A stretch of 64,000 nt of DNA from Nitrospinales bacterium (GTDB lineage: Bacteria; Nitrospinota; Nitrospinia; Nitrospinales; VA-1): positions 544,001 to 608,000 of the forward strand of contig CBDCXL010000002.1 of the NCBI GenBank assembly GCA_965223795.1. The letters run 5' to 3'. Numbering within the stretch: the stretch's first letter is position 1; the number at the start of each line of letters is the position of its first letter. The notes under the pieces are model-generated. The model searched no databases. It was not told where the DNA came from and saw only the letters and a program-made list of their open reading frames with translations. The translations under genes and the position numbers were made by a program. Positions 21,988 to 35,619 of the stretch are shown piece after piece.

Positions 21988-22608
21988 ATGGGATCGAATA
22001 AATTCAGGCTTGCGGTTCTGGTTTCCGGGCGCGGGTCCAATCTGCAGGCAATCATCGATTCGATTGAAAACGAAGGGCTGCCCGCGCAGATCGCGCTGGT
22101 GCTGAGCAACGTGGAAGACGCTCACGCCCTCATTCGGGCCCAAAAGCACGGGATCGAGGCGGTCTATCTGGAACCGGGCAAATTCGCCGGCCGGGAAGCG
22201 TATGAAGAAGAAATGATCGGTTTGCTTCAGGCGCGCTCGGTCGATCTGGTGTGCCTTGCGGGCTTCATGCGGATTCTGGGAAAACGGTTCATCCAGGCGT
22301 TTCCGGAAAAGATCGTCAACATCCACCCCTCGCTGCTGCCGGCGTTTCAGGGACTGAACCCGCAGAAAAACGCCCTGGATTACGGCGTCAAGTTTTCCGG
22401 CTGCACGGTGCATTTCGTCGATGAGGGCGTGGACAGCGGGCCGATCATCCTGCAGACGGTGGTGCCGGTGTACGATTCGGACGACACCGACAGCCTTTCC
22501 GCGCGGATCCTGGAACAGGAGCACCTGCTCTATCCCAAGGCCATCCGCCTGATTCTGGAAAACCGGCTGCGCATTGCGGGCCGCAAAGTGCTGCAGACGA
22601 ACCCCTGA
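21988..22608 (+). CDS. purN: Phosphoribosylglycinamide formyltransferase
   Basis: SGRGSNLQA, LAGFMRIL, NIHPSLLP, GCTVHFVDEGVDSGPII. Confidence 0.96.
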   Translation: MGSNKFRLAVLVSGRGSNLQAIIDSIENEGLPAQIALVLSNVEDAHALIRAQKHGIEAVYLEPGKFAGREAYEEEMIGLLQARSVDLVCLAGFMRILGKRFIQAFPEKIVNIHPSLLPAFQGLNPQKNALDYGVKFSGCTVHFVDEGVDSGPIILQTVVPVYDSDDTDSLSARILEQEHLLYPKAIRLILENRLRIAGRKVLQTNP

Positions 22609-22633
22609 ACTTTCAAGCTGAGGCGCAAACACT

Positions 22634-23287
22634 ATGACCCGACTCCTTTCGACACTTCTGCTCTTCGGTCTTCTGCAGACGGGCGCCGCATCGGCCGCCA
22701 GCGACGAGCAGGTCGCGCTGGACGCCATTCAGAAACGCTATGAGCAGGTCGAATCGTTCAAGGCGCGGTTCGTGCAGAAATCCTTCGTCAAGATGATGAA
22801 CCAGACGGTGGAAGCCCGCGGCGACGTGCAGATCAAAAAGCCGGGCAAGATGAAATGGGTGTACAACGCGCCGGACCCGCAGGTTCTGGTCAGCAACCAG
22901 AAGATCCTCTGGCTGTACGTGCCGGAGGACAAGCAGGTCACCAAGGTGCCGGTGAAAAGCATCTACTCGTCCAACACGCCGGCGCTGTTTCTCGCCGGCA
23001 AGGGCAAGCTGACCGAATCGTTCAATGTTTCCAAGGTTTCGCGCGGTGAGACCGTGACGCGGGTGCTGCTCGTCCCCAAGCAGCCGGACAACAGCGTGGA
23101 GCGGCTGGTGCTGTTCGCGGACAATAAAAACTACCAAATCGTCGGATCAAGCGTGTATGATAAATTGGGTAACAAGACGGAAATTCAGTTCAGCGACATC
23201 CACACCAATATGGACATTTCCGACGACCAGTTCCAGTTTACGGTTCCCAAAGGTGTGGAGCTTCTGGATTATTCGGAGAATCCCTAG
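22634..23287 (+). CDS. lolA: Outer-membrane lipoprotein carrier LolA
   Basis: Signal peptide; KKPGKMKWVY...PDPQVLV...LWLYVP...QV; FQFTVPKGV. Confidence 0.9.
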   Translation: MTRLLSTLLLFGLLQTGAASAASDEQVALDAIQKRYEQVESFKARFVQKSFVKMMNQTVEARGDVQIKKPGKMKWVYNAPDPQVLVSNQKILWLYVPEDKQVTKVPVKSIYSSNTPALFLAGKGKLTESFNVSKVSRGETVTRVLLVPKQPDNSVERLVLFADNKNYQIVGSSVYDKLGNKTEIQFSDIHTNMDISDDQFQFTVPKGVELLDYSENP

Positions 23288-23302
23288 TCCGATCCCTGCC
23301 TC

Positions 23303-24670
23303 ATGATGGAATTATCTTTCTTTTCCCTCGACGCGATTTCCACGTTCGGCACCAAGATGCTGGTGTTCCTCGCGGGACTGGCGGCTTTGATCTTTGTGCA
23401 CGAGCTGGGCCATTTTCTCGTCGCGCGCAAATGCGGCGTGGTGGTGGAAAAGTTTTCCCTCGGCTTCGGCCCCAAGATCCTCGGCTTTAAATCCGGCGAA
23501 ACCGAATACCTGATCTGCGCGATCCCGCTCGGCGGCTACGTGAAGATGAAGGGCGAGGACTACGAAACCAGCTCGCTGCATGAACCGGGATCGTTCGCGG
23601 CGGCGCCGGTGCTGCACCGGCTGGCCATCGCGTTCGCGGGCCCATTGTTCAACTTCCTGTTCGCCATCGCCATCTACTGGGTGGTGTACCTGGTCGGCGT
23701 GCAGACGCTGGGGCTGGTGACCGGCAGCGTCGAGCCCGATTCGCCCGCGCAGGCGGCGGGCATCCAGACGGGGGACAAGGTCGTCGCCATCGACGGCGAA
23801 CCGGTGCGCTTCTTCACCGAGCTGCAGAAAATCGTGCACAACTCTCCGGGCAAATCGCTTGATTTTCAGATCGAGCGCCACGGCGCGCTGCTAAACATCC
23901 CCATCACGCCGCTTGCGAAGGAGACCGTCAACATCTTCGGCGAGAAGGAAAAGCTGGGGCTGGTGGGCATCTCTCCTTTGGTGCGCAACATCACCTATGT
24001 GGAAAAAGGCTCGGTGGCGGAGCAGGCGGGCATTAAGGAAGGCGACATCCTGCTCAAGGTGGACGACACGCCGATCCGCGGCTGGAAGGACTTCAAGCCC
24101 GCGGTGGTGGACAAACCGGGACAGGAGCTCCAGTTTCACGTCCTGCGCGACCGGACCGAACTGGTGCTGCCGGTCACGCCCAAGCGGGAAACGGTGAAGG
24201 ATGAAAAGGGCCAGTCCGTCGAAATCGGCCGGGTCGGCGTCGGGCTTAGCGGCGAGATGGTGGAGGAAAAATACGGCGTGTTCGGCGCCTTCGTCCGCGG
24301 CGTCAAGGAAACCGGCCAGCTGATGTACCTGATCGCGGTGAGCATCAAGAAGCTGATCTTCGGTTCGATCCCGGCGGACACCATCGGCGGGCCGATCCTC
24401 ATCTTCCAGGTGTACGGCGATCAGGCGGAACAGGGCTTCAACCAGCTGATCCGGCTCACCGCGCTGTTGAGCATCAACCTGGGCCTTTTGAACCTGCTGC
24501 CGATCCCGGTGCTGGACGGCGGGCACATCCTATTTTTCCTCATCGAGCTCATCAAGGGCAAGCCGGTCAGCGAACGCAACCGCGAACGCGCTCAGCAGGT
24601 GGGCCTGTTCATGCTGCTCGGCCTCATGGTGTTCGCCTTCTACAACGACATCATGCGCATCATGAGTTGA
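23303..24670 (+). CDS. rseP: RIP metalloprotease RseP with two PDZ domains
   Basis: HELGH, FSLGFG, IPLGGYVKM, NLLPIPVLDGGH. Confidence 0.95.
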   Translation: MMELSFFSLDAISTFGTKMLVFLAGLAALIFVHELGHFLVARKCGVVVEKFSLGFGPKILGFKSGETEYLICAIPLGGYVKMKGEDYETSSLHEPGSFAAAPVLHRLAIAFAGPLFNFLFAIAIYWVVYLVGVQTLGLVTGSVEPDSPAQAAGIQTGDKVVAIDGEPVRFFTELQKIVHNSPGKSLDFQIERHGALLNIPITPLAKETVNIFGEKEKLGLVGISPLVRNITYVEKGSVAEQAGIKEGDILLKVDDTPIRGWKDFKPAVVDKPGQELQFHVLRDRTELVLPVTPKRETVKDEKGQSVEIGRVGVGLSGEMVEEKYGVFGAFVRGVKETGQLMYLIAVSIKKLIFGSIPADTIGGPILIFQVYGDQAEQGFNQLIRLTALLSINLGLLNLLPIPVLDGGHILFFLIELIKGKPVSERNRERAQQVGLFMLLGLMVFAFYNDIMRIMS

Positions 24671-24736
24671 CCTAAATCACCCCGCGGGACACGCAATCCC
24701 CGAAGCGGCGGAATCCCGGCGCACCCTTTCTGGCCT

Positions 24737-25027
24737 ATGATGGACCCGAACACACAACTTGCAGACCTCGAATCCGCGGCGGTCAAGCTCGGCATCGAAA
24801 TCCGCACCGGCGACCTCGCCGCATCGAGCGAGGAGTTTCCGGTGCGCAGCGGATACTGCAAGATCCACGGGCAAGGCACCATCCTGCTCGACAAACGATT
24901 GAAAGCCGAAGAAAAAATCGCCGTCATCCTCGATGCCCTGCGCACGCAGGACACCGAATCGGTGTATCTGGCCGCCTGGATCCGCGAACGGCTGGAACCC
25001 AAAACCCCCATCAACCCACACCCATGA
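24737..25027 (+). CDS. Hypothetical protein (96 aa)
   Basis: Coding-like codon usage; ATGA overlap with the PEP mutase gene. Confidence 0.7.
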   Translation: MMDPNTQLADLESAAVKLGIEIRTGDLAASSEEFPVRSGYCKIHGQGTILLDKRLKAEEKIAVILDALRTQDTESVYLAAWIRERLEPKTPINPHP

Positions 25028-26751
25028 CGCTCGCCAACAACATCCTGCCGGAACAACGCCGGGCGAAGCTCCGGACCCTGCTTCAAGAAGGCAGAACCGT
25101 GCGCGTTTTAGAAGCGCACAACGGGCTGAGCGGCATCATCGCCAACGACGCCCACATTGAAGGGACCACGGAAGACAAGCCCATCCGCCTGGAGTTCGAC
25201 GCCATCTGGGAGAGCAGCCTCACCGACTCCGCCGCCAAGGGGCACCCGGACATCGAGGTGGTGAGCTTCGATTCGCGCCTGCACACGATCCACGAGATCC
25301 TGGCGGTGACCCGCAAGCCGATGATCGTGGACGGCGACACCGGCGGCGACGCGAACATGTTCGAATACATGGTGACCAAGCTGGAACGGGCCGGGGTTTC
25401 CGCCACCATCATCGAGGACAAGGTGTTCCCCAAGCGCAACAGCCTGGAGGCCGGCGCGCAGCAGCTCCTGCAGGAACCGGGCGTGTTCGCGCAGAAGATC
25501 CGGCGCGGCAAATCGGTGCAGGCCTCGGACGACTTCATGATCATCGCCCGGCTGGAAAGCCTGATCGCCGGGAAGGGCCTGGAAGACGCGCTCATGCGGG
25601 CGCGCGTGTACCTGGAAGCGGGGGTGGACGGAATCATGATCCACTCCAAATCGAAAGAGCCGGACGAGATCCTGGAATTCGCCAGCCGTTACCGCACCCT
25701 GCTCGATGAAATGAAGCTCGACAGACCGCTGGTCTGCGTGCCGACGACCTACAACCGCATCACGGAAGAGGAACTGGGACGCGCGGGATTCAACATCGTC
25801 ATCCACGCCAACCACCTTCTGCGCAGCGCCTACAAGGCCATGCTGGAGACCTCGCGCAGCATCCTGCTCAACCAGCGCTCCTTCGAGGCGGACCCCGGCT
25901 GCGCACCGGTGCGGGAGATCTTCAAGACGGTGGGGTTTCTCGATGTCAAAGAAAAGGACCAGAAGGACGAGCACTTCACCAACACGCCGGTGATCATCCC
26001 CGCCGCCGGGGAAGACCCGGTCCTGAAACCGGTGCTCAACGGCAAGCCGAAGGCGATGATGGAGATCGCCGGTAAAACCCTGCTGGACCGGCAAATCCAC
26101 ACCTTGAACGCGGGCAACCTCAACGACATCACGGTGGTCGCGGGGTACGCCCACGAAAAGATGCGCGCCGAGGGAGCCGTCATCCTGGAAAACCCGGACT
26201 ACCAAAACGGGTCCATGCTGCACAGCCTGGTGGTGGCGAGAGAAAAGATGCACAACGGCTTCATCATGCTATACTCGGACATCCTGATGGACCAGCAGAT
26301 CATCGCCAACCTGCTCACCTGCCGCGAGGACATCGTGCTGGTGGCGGACAACTCGATCCAGTACCACCGGTTCGAGGACGACAACGTGCTGGATTTCATC
26401 ATCAGCAAGAACAAGCACAAAGCCAGCCGCAGGCACATGAGTTTCTGCTGGGACAACGTTGTGGCCAAGATCGGCACCAAGATCAACCCGGAAACGGCGA
26501 CGCACGAATTCATCGGGCTGGCCAAATTCACGAAAACCGGCGCGGAGCAGTTCATCCAGACCTATCAGGATTGCGTGGAAAACTACCGGGGGAAATTCCA
26601 GGAGGCGGAGGACATCGCCCAATTCACCTTCACCGACCTCATCCAGGAAATGATCGACCGGGGCTTCGTCATCAATTTTCTGGAGATCCATAAGGGCTGG
26701 CTGGAAATTCACCGCGAGGCGGACATCGCCCTGGCCAACCAGTTTCTGTAA
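25024..26751 (+). CDS. aepX: Phosphoenolpyruvate mutase fused to a C-terminal nucleotidyltransferase (LicC/PntC-like)
   Basis: EAHNGLSG, DGDTGG, diagnostic EDKVFPKRNS (EDK-X5-NS), IIARLESLI, ANHLLRSA; C-terminal IIPAAG...PKAMMEIAGKTLL. Confidence 0.9.
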   Translation: MTLANNILPEQRRAKLRTLLQEGRTVRVLEAHNGLSGIIANDAHIEGTTEDKPIRLEFDAIWESSLTDSAAKGHPDIEVVSFDSRLHTIHEILAVTRKPMIVDGDTGGDANMFEYMVTKLERAGVSATIIEDKVFPKRNSLEAGAQQLLQEPGVFAQKIRRGKSVQASDDFMIIARLESLIAGKGLEDALMRARVYLEAGVDGIMIHSKSKEPDEILEFASRYRTLLDEMKLDRPLVCVPTTYNRITEEELGRAGFNIVIHANHLLRSAYKAMLETSRSILLNQRSFEADPGCAPVREIFKTVGFLDVKEKDQKDEHFTNTPVIIPAAGEDPVLKPVLNGKPKAMMEIAGKTLLDRQIHTLNAGNLNDITVVAGYAHEKMRAEGAVILENPDYQNGSMLHSLVVAREKMHNGFIMLYSDILMDQQIIANLLTCREDIVLVADNSIQYHRFEDDNVLDFIISKNKHKASRRHMSFCWDNVVAKIGTKINPETATHEFIGLAKFTKTGAEQFIQTYQDCVENYRGKFQEAEDIAQFTFTDLIQEMIDRGFVINFLEIHKGWLEIHREADIALANQFL

Positions 26752-26827
26752 ATTTTCGATTCCAACATCGTGTCGATATTTTTTCCGCCATCCGGACGCA
26801 GCGTCCGGAAGGACGAGGTATGTGATC

Positions 26828-28558
26828 ATGCATTATTCGAAGCTGTTCATTCCCACGCTCAAGGAAAATCCCGCCGACGCGGAAGTGGTGAGCCACAAGC
26901 TCATGGTGCGGGCGGGGCTGATCCGCCAGGCGGCCTCGGGCATCTATTCGGTCCTGCCGCTGGGGCTTAGGGTGCTGCGCAAGGTGGAGCAGATCATCCG
27001 CGAGGAGATGAACGGCATCGGCGGCCAGGAGGTGTTTCTGCCCAGCGTGCAGCCGGCGGAACTGTGGCAGGAGAGCGGCCGCTGGGAGCTGTACGGCAAG
27101 GAGCTTTTGCGGCTCAAGGACCGGCACGACCGCGATTTCTGCTACGGCCCCACGCACGAGGAGGTGATCACCGACATCGTGCGCAAGGAAGTGAAATCCT
27201 ACCGGCAGCTGCCGGTGATCCTGTACCAGATCCAGACCAAATTCCGCGACGAGGTGCGGCCGCGTTTCGGCGTCATGCGCGGGCGCGAGTTCACCATGAA
27301 GGACGCGTACAGCTTCCACAGCGACGAAAAAAGCACGCAGACCACTTATTTCGACATGGCGCGCGCGTACTCGAACGTGTTTAAGCGCTGCGGGCTGGAG
27401 TTCAAGATGGTGGAGGCGGATTCGGGCACGATCGGCGGCAATTTCTCGCACGAGTTCGCGGTTCTGGCCGATTCGGGCGAGGACTCCATCGTCTACTGCG
27501 ACGCCTGCGAGTACGCCTCCAACCTGGAGCTGGCGCAGGCGCGCGCCCTGCCCGACCCGACCGACCCGCTCTCGATCGAGACAATGAACGAGGTGGAAAC
27601 GCCGGGCAAAACCACCGTGGATGAAGTGGCGGCGTTCCTCAAGGTGCAGCCGGACCGGATCGTCAAGACCATCCTGCTGGAATCGGACCAGGGGCTGGTG
27701 GCGGGACTGGTGCGCGGCGACCGGGAGCTCAACCCCGTCAAACTGAAAAACCTGATGGGGGCCGAGTGGCTGACTCCGGCGAGCGACAAAACCTTTCAGG
27801 CGCACCCGCACCTGCCCTGCGGCTACGTCGGGCCGGTGGGGCTTACCTGCAAGGTCTACGCGGACTGGGAGGTGGCCAACATGCACCCGTTCGTGACCGG
27901 GGCCAACAAAAAAGACCGGCACTTCACCGGGGTGACGCTGGGCCGCGACTTTCACATCGAAAAGTCCGGCGATATCCGAGGGGTGAAGGCGGGCGAGCCC
28001 TGCCCGCGCTGCGAAGGTGGAAAACTGCTGGTCAAGCGCGGCATCGAGGTGGGCCACATCTTCATCCTGGGCACCAAATACAGCCGCGCCATGAACGCCG
28101 TGTTCCTGGACGCCAATGGCAAGGAAAACCCCATGGTCATGGGATGTTACGGAATCGGCGTGGGGCGCACGGCGGCGGCCGCCATCGAGCAGAACCACGA
28201 CGCCAACGGCATCGTCTGGCCGCTTCCCATCGCCCCGTTCGCGGTGCATATCATCCCGACGAATTACTCTGTGGAGGCGATCCGCAAGGCCTGCGACAGC
28301 GCTTATTTATCTTTGTGGAACAACAATATAGAAACGCTTCTGGACGACCGCTCCGACCGGCTGGGGGTGAAGCTCAAGGACGCGGACCTGCTCGGCATTC
28401 CGCTGCAGGTCATCATCGGCCCGAAAAACCTGGAAGCCGGCAAGGTGGAAATTAAATCAAGAAAAACAAATACTTCCGAGCTACACCCGTTCCCGGAAGT
28501 GCTCGACACCCTCCCCGCTCTGCTCAAAAAATGGACTTCCCCTGAAAGTTCCACATAG
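26828..28558 (+). CDS. proS: Proline--tRNA ligase with INS editing domain
   Basis: GPTHEE, FRDEVRPRFG, REFTMKDAYSF, IEVGHIF, GCYGIG. Confidence 0.97.
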   Translation: MHYSKLFIPTLKENPADAEVVSHKLMVRAGLIRQAASGIYSVLPLGLRVLRKVEQIIREEMNGIGGQEVFLPSVQPAELWQESGRWELYGKELLRLKDRHDRDFCYGPTHEEVITDIVRKEVKSYRQLPVILYQIQTKFRDEVRPRFGVMRGREFTMKDAYSFHSDEKSTQTTYFDMARAYSNVFKRCGLEFKMVEADSGTIGGNFSHEFAVLADSGEDSIVYCDACEYASNLELAQARALPDPTDPLSIETMNEVETPGKTTVDEVAAFLKVQPDRIVKTILLESDQGLVAGLVRGDRELNPVKLKNLMGAEWLTPASDKTFQAHPHLPCGYVGPVGLTCKVYADWEVANMHPFVTGANKKDRHFTGVTLGRDFHIEKSGDIRGVKAGEPCPRCEGGKLLVKRGIEVGHIFILGTKYSRAMNAVFLDANGKENPMVMGCYGIGVGRTAAAAIEQNHDANGIVWPLPIAPFAVHIIPTNYSVEAIRKACDSAYLSLWNNNIETLLDDRSDRLGVKLKDADLLGIPLQVIIGPKNLEAGKVEIKSRKTNTSELHPFPEVLDTLPALLKKWTSPESST

Positions 28559-28570
28559 GGAAATTTTATG

Positions 28571-28599
28571 TTGCAACCCCACTGCCCTTTTAGTAGAAT
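28571..28599 (+). promoter_or_regulatory. Putative sigma70 promoter of the rimP operon
   Basis: TTGCAA-N17-TAGAAT. Confidence 0.55.
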
Positions 28600-28628
28600 T
28601 CGATTAACAAAATCTAGCTCGTAAAGCG

Positions 28629-28658
28629 AATGCGGGTTGAAAGCCCGCATTTTTTTTT
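28629..28658 (+). terminator. rimP leader hairpin / intrinsic terminator (attenuator-like)
   Basis: AATGCGGG-TTGAAAG-CCCGCATT followed by a T run, between proS or the promoter and rimP. Confidence 0.7.
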
Positions 28659-28764
28659 GAGAAATCGGAAAACCGAACAGAAAAAACCGAACAAACCTTG
28701 AAGCCGGAAGCGGGAAACTTGAACCAAACGATCGACTCTTTCCTTTCCCGCGGCCCCGTCGCCC

Positions 28765-29226
28765 ATGAACGCTTCCTCGATATCTCAATCGGTACTGGAG
28801 ATGATCGAACCCATCGTCCAGGAGGAAAAACTGGAACTGGTGGATGTCGAGTACAAAAAATCGGGAAGAGACTGGGTTCTTAGAATCTACATCGACAAGG
28901 AAACCGGCATCACACACGACGACTGCCAGAGAGTGAGCCGTCAGGTCGAGGACCGGATCGAAGTGGAGGGGCTGATCTCAGGACATTTCGTTCTGGAAGT
29001 CTCGTCTCCGGGTCTGGACCGGCCCCTGAAGAAGGAAAAGGATTTTTTGCGGTACAGGAACAAGCGCGTTCGCGTCAAAACGTTCGCTCCGATCGGCAAG
29101 CAGCGTAATTTTTCGGGAACCATCGAAGCGTTCGAAAACGGTGTCCTGTTTTTGCGGGACGAATCGCGAACGATCGAAATCGCTCACGACAACATCGCCC
29201 AGGCGAGACTGATCATCGATTTCTGA
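28765..29226 (+). CDS. rimP: Ribosome maturation factor RimP
   Basis: LRIYIDK, DDCQRVS, LEVSSPGLDRPL; upstream of nusA. Confidence 0.95.
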   Translation: MNASSISQSVLEMIEPIVQEEKLELVDVEYKKSGRDWVLRIYIDKETGITHDDCQRVSRQVEDRIEVEGLISGHFVLEVSSPGLDRPLKKEKDFLRYRNKRVRVKTFAPIGKQRNFSGTIEAFENGVLFLRDESRTIEIAHDNIAQARLIIDF

Positions 29227-29274
29227 TGTCCGTCCACCCTGCCGGGTGAAACCTCCGTCTTCCATAAAAAGGCC

Positions 29275-30882
<1,608 letters not shown>

Positions 30883-30947
30883 CGGTTCCGCGAAACAAAA
30901 AAGGATTTCTTTCAGCGGACATGAAAGCATAACGAAGGAGAGTTTAC

Positions 30948-33395
<2,448 letters not shown>

Positions 33396-33412
33396 GCGGA
33401 ACGGATTTTCCC

Positions 33413-33715
33413 ATGAAAGTGGGCTGTTGCTCGCTGAAGTTTTTTCTGCATGGCAATTCCTCCCTGAAGGAAAAACGGCGCATCACCAAATCGATCAAGG
33501 ACCGGGTGAAGAACAAGTTCAACATTTCCATCGCCGAGATCGGCGACCAGGACGTCTGGCAGAATCTGCACCTGGGCATCGTCGCGGTGGGCTCGGACCT
33601 CAAATACCTGGACGGGCTGATGAGCCAGGTGGTCAACGCCATCGACCGGATGCACCTTGCGGAGATGACGGACTGCCAGATCAAGACCCTGCACCTGGGA
33701 CCGCTGGAATCCTGA
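33413..33715 (+). CDS. DUF503 (YlxP) family protein
   Basis: SLKEKRR...KFNISIAE..DQDVWQ; conserved position between infB and rbfA. Confidence 0.88.
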   Translation: MKVGCCSLKFFLHGNSSLKEKRRITKSIKDRVKNKFNISIAEIGDQDVWQNLHLGIVAVGSDLKYLDGLMSQVVNAIDRMHLAEMTDCQIKTLHLGPLES

Positions 33716-33730
33716 GAGGATGCGTGTGCG

Positions 33731-34075
33731 ATGCGATTCAAACGTTCACAACGGATCCAGGAGCTGCTGCTGGAGGAAATCTCCAAGCTGATTCAACACG
33801 GATTGAAAGATCCCCGCATCGGGTTCGCCACCATCACGCACGTGGACGTGAGCGACAACCTGAAACACGCCAACATCTATGTGAGCGTGATGGGGGAAGA
33901 AAAGGAAAAAGAAGACACCCTGGCCGCTTTGAAAAGCGCGCGGGGTTTCATCCGAAACTCTCTGGGCAAGAACCTGTACCTCAAGAAAATCCCCGAACTG
34001 GATTTCAAGCGGGACGACACCCAGGACAATGTGGATCGGATCACCAAGATCCTCAAGGATTTGCACCTTGAATGA
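33731..34075 (+). CDS. rbfA: Ribosome-binding factor A
   Basis: KDPRIG, ARGFIR, PELDF; synteny. Confidence 0.95.
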   Translation: MRFKRSQRIQELLLEEISKLIQHGLKDPRIGFATITHVDVSDNLKHANIYVSVMGEEKEKEDTLAALKSARGFIRNSLGKNLYLKKIPELDFKRDDTQDNVDRITKILKDLHLE

Positions 34076-35081
34076 CACGCAATGGGCCGCGAAGGAAACG
34101 CGCGCGGCCGACCCGAAATCGGAAACCGGCTCCGGCAGCGGCGATTTGAACCGGATCGTCAACCTGTACAAAAAGGAGGGCCCCACCTCCTTCGACATGG
34201 TGCAGGCGGTGAAACGGGTGCTCAAGGTCAAGAAGGCCGGACATATCGGAACGCTGGATCCGCTGGCGGAGGGCGTTCTGCCCATCTGCCTCAACCGCTC
34301 GACACGGATCATCCAGTTTTTGTCGGCGCTGCCGAAATCCTACCGCACCCGCATGGTGCTGGGCACGGCCACGGACACGCAGGACGCCTCGGGAAAGGTG
34401 ACCGCCACCGGAGAAACCGGCGGCATCACGGAGGCTGCGGTGCGTTCGGTTCTGGCCGGTTTCACGGGTCCGCAGAAACAGGTGCCGCCGATGTTTTCCG
34501 CCAAGAAACGCAAAGGAATTCCCCTTTACAAATTGGCCAGAAATGGTATTACTATCGAAAGAAAGCCAGCAAATATAACGATATTTGCCATTGAGTTCAT
34601 CAAGAAGGAGGGCGACCGGGTTGAATTCGAGGTTCACTGCTCGGCAGGAACCTACATCAGAACGCTTTGCCACGATATCGGGCAGGCGTTGGGCTCTCAG
34701 GCCCACATGGAACACCTGGTGCGAACCCGCGTCGGGGAATTCGATCTGGCCGGCTCGGTGACCCTGGACGCCCTGGAAGCCGCGGTTTCGAACGGAAGCC
34801 TGTCGCAAAAGCTGGTCCCCCAGGAAAAAGCTCTCCAATTTCTTCCGGAAATCCGCATCAAAAAAGATTTTTCCGGTTCCGTCGCCCACGGCGTCGCGCC
34901 GTCGAAATCCTGTCTGGAAACCGAAACCGTTCCGGGAACGTTTCATCCGGGAATGAATCTCAGGCTTGCCAACGGCAACCACCGGCTTTTGGCCATCGTG
35001 GAACCGGTTGTGGATCAGGATGCGTTCACGCAGCTGGGTCCCAATGCCGTGCCGTTCAAACTGAAACGTGTTCTGGTCTGA
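34068..35081 (+). CDS. truB: tRNA pseudouridine(55) synthase
   Basis: KAGHIGTLDPLAEGVL, QVPPMFSAKK, CSAGTYIRTL; start uncertain (TTG 34068 or 34146). Confidence 0.93.
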   Translation: MNDTQWAAKETRAADPKSETGSGSGDLNRIVNLYKKEGPTSFDMVQAVKRVLKVKKAGHIGTLDPLAEGVLPICLNRSTRIIQFLSALPKSYRTRMVLGTATDTQDASGKVTATGETGGITEAAVRSVLAGFTGPQKQVPPMFSAKKRKGIPLYKLARNGITIERKPANITIFAIEFIKKEGDRVEFEVHCSAGTYIRTLCHDIGQALGSQAHMEHLVRTRVGEFDLAGSVTLDALEAAVSNGSLSQKLVPQEKALQFLPEIRIKKDFSGSVAHGVAPSKSCLETETVPGTFHPGMNLRLANGNHRLLAIVEPVVDQDAFTQLGPNAVPFKLKRVLV

Positions 35082-35327
35082 ATTGTGTGAGACTTTATAT
35101 AAAATGTTTTTTTCAGTAAGCGGCTGATGCCGCCTGCCACAATGAACATCAACGTGAACATCAAGTTATGAACCCCATTGCTGAAAGAAGACGGTTGGAA
35201 TGTTTTCGCAGGGAAGTTCCTGGAATCCCGCGCACATTCACACCAGGCCGGGGCCGCCCGAGCTGGTCTGCGAAAACATTCGCCAATCCTCTTGCAGCAG
35301 CCGATTCCATCCTGGGAGGATGAAACG

Positions 35328-35597
35328 ATGGCTTTAAAAAAGGAAGAGAAATCGACGATCATTTCGGATTACAAGCTGCACGAAAAGGACACAGGATCTT
35401 CGGAAGTCCAGATTGCCCTTCTTACCAAACGCATCAACGACCTCACCGAACATTTCAAGACCCACGCCAAGGACCACCACTCCCGGCGGGGGTTGCTCAA
35501 ACTCGTCAGCCAGCGGCGCAAACTGCTCGATCATCTCAAAGAAGAAGACGCGAGACGCTACCAGCAAATCATTGCGCAGCTCGGCATCCGACGATAA
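35328..35597 (+). CDS. rpsO: 30S ribosomal protein S15
   Basis: [30 protein letters not shown]. Confidence 0.97.
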   Translation: MALKKEEKSTIISDYKLHEKDTGSSEVQIALLTKRINDLTEHFKTHAKDHHSRRGLLKLVSQRRKLLDHLKEEDARRYQQIIAQLGIRR

Positions 35598-35619
35598 CAA
35601 AGGAACTGGAGAAGAATTA

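Noticed and set aside
34500..34600. AT-rich patch inside truB as a foreign insertion
   Set aside because: It encodes the conserved SAKK..G..LYKLAR.G motif in frame
35100..35327. rpsO leader RNA and the TGAACATCAA direct repeat
   Set aside because: An S15 autoregulatory leader is plausible, but I could not define a structure by eye; needs an Rfam scan
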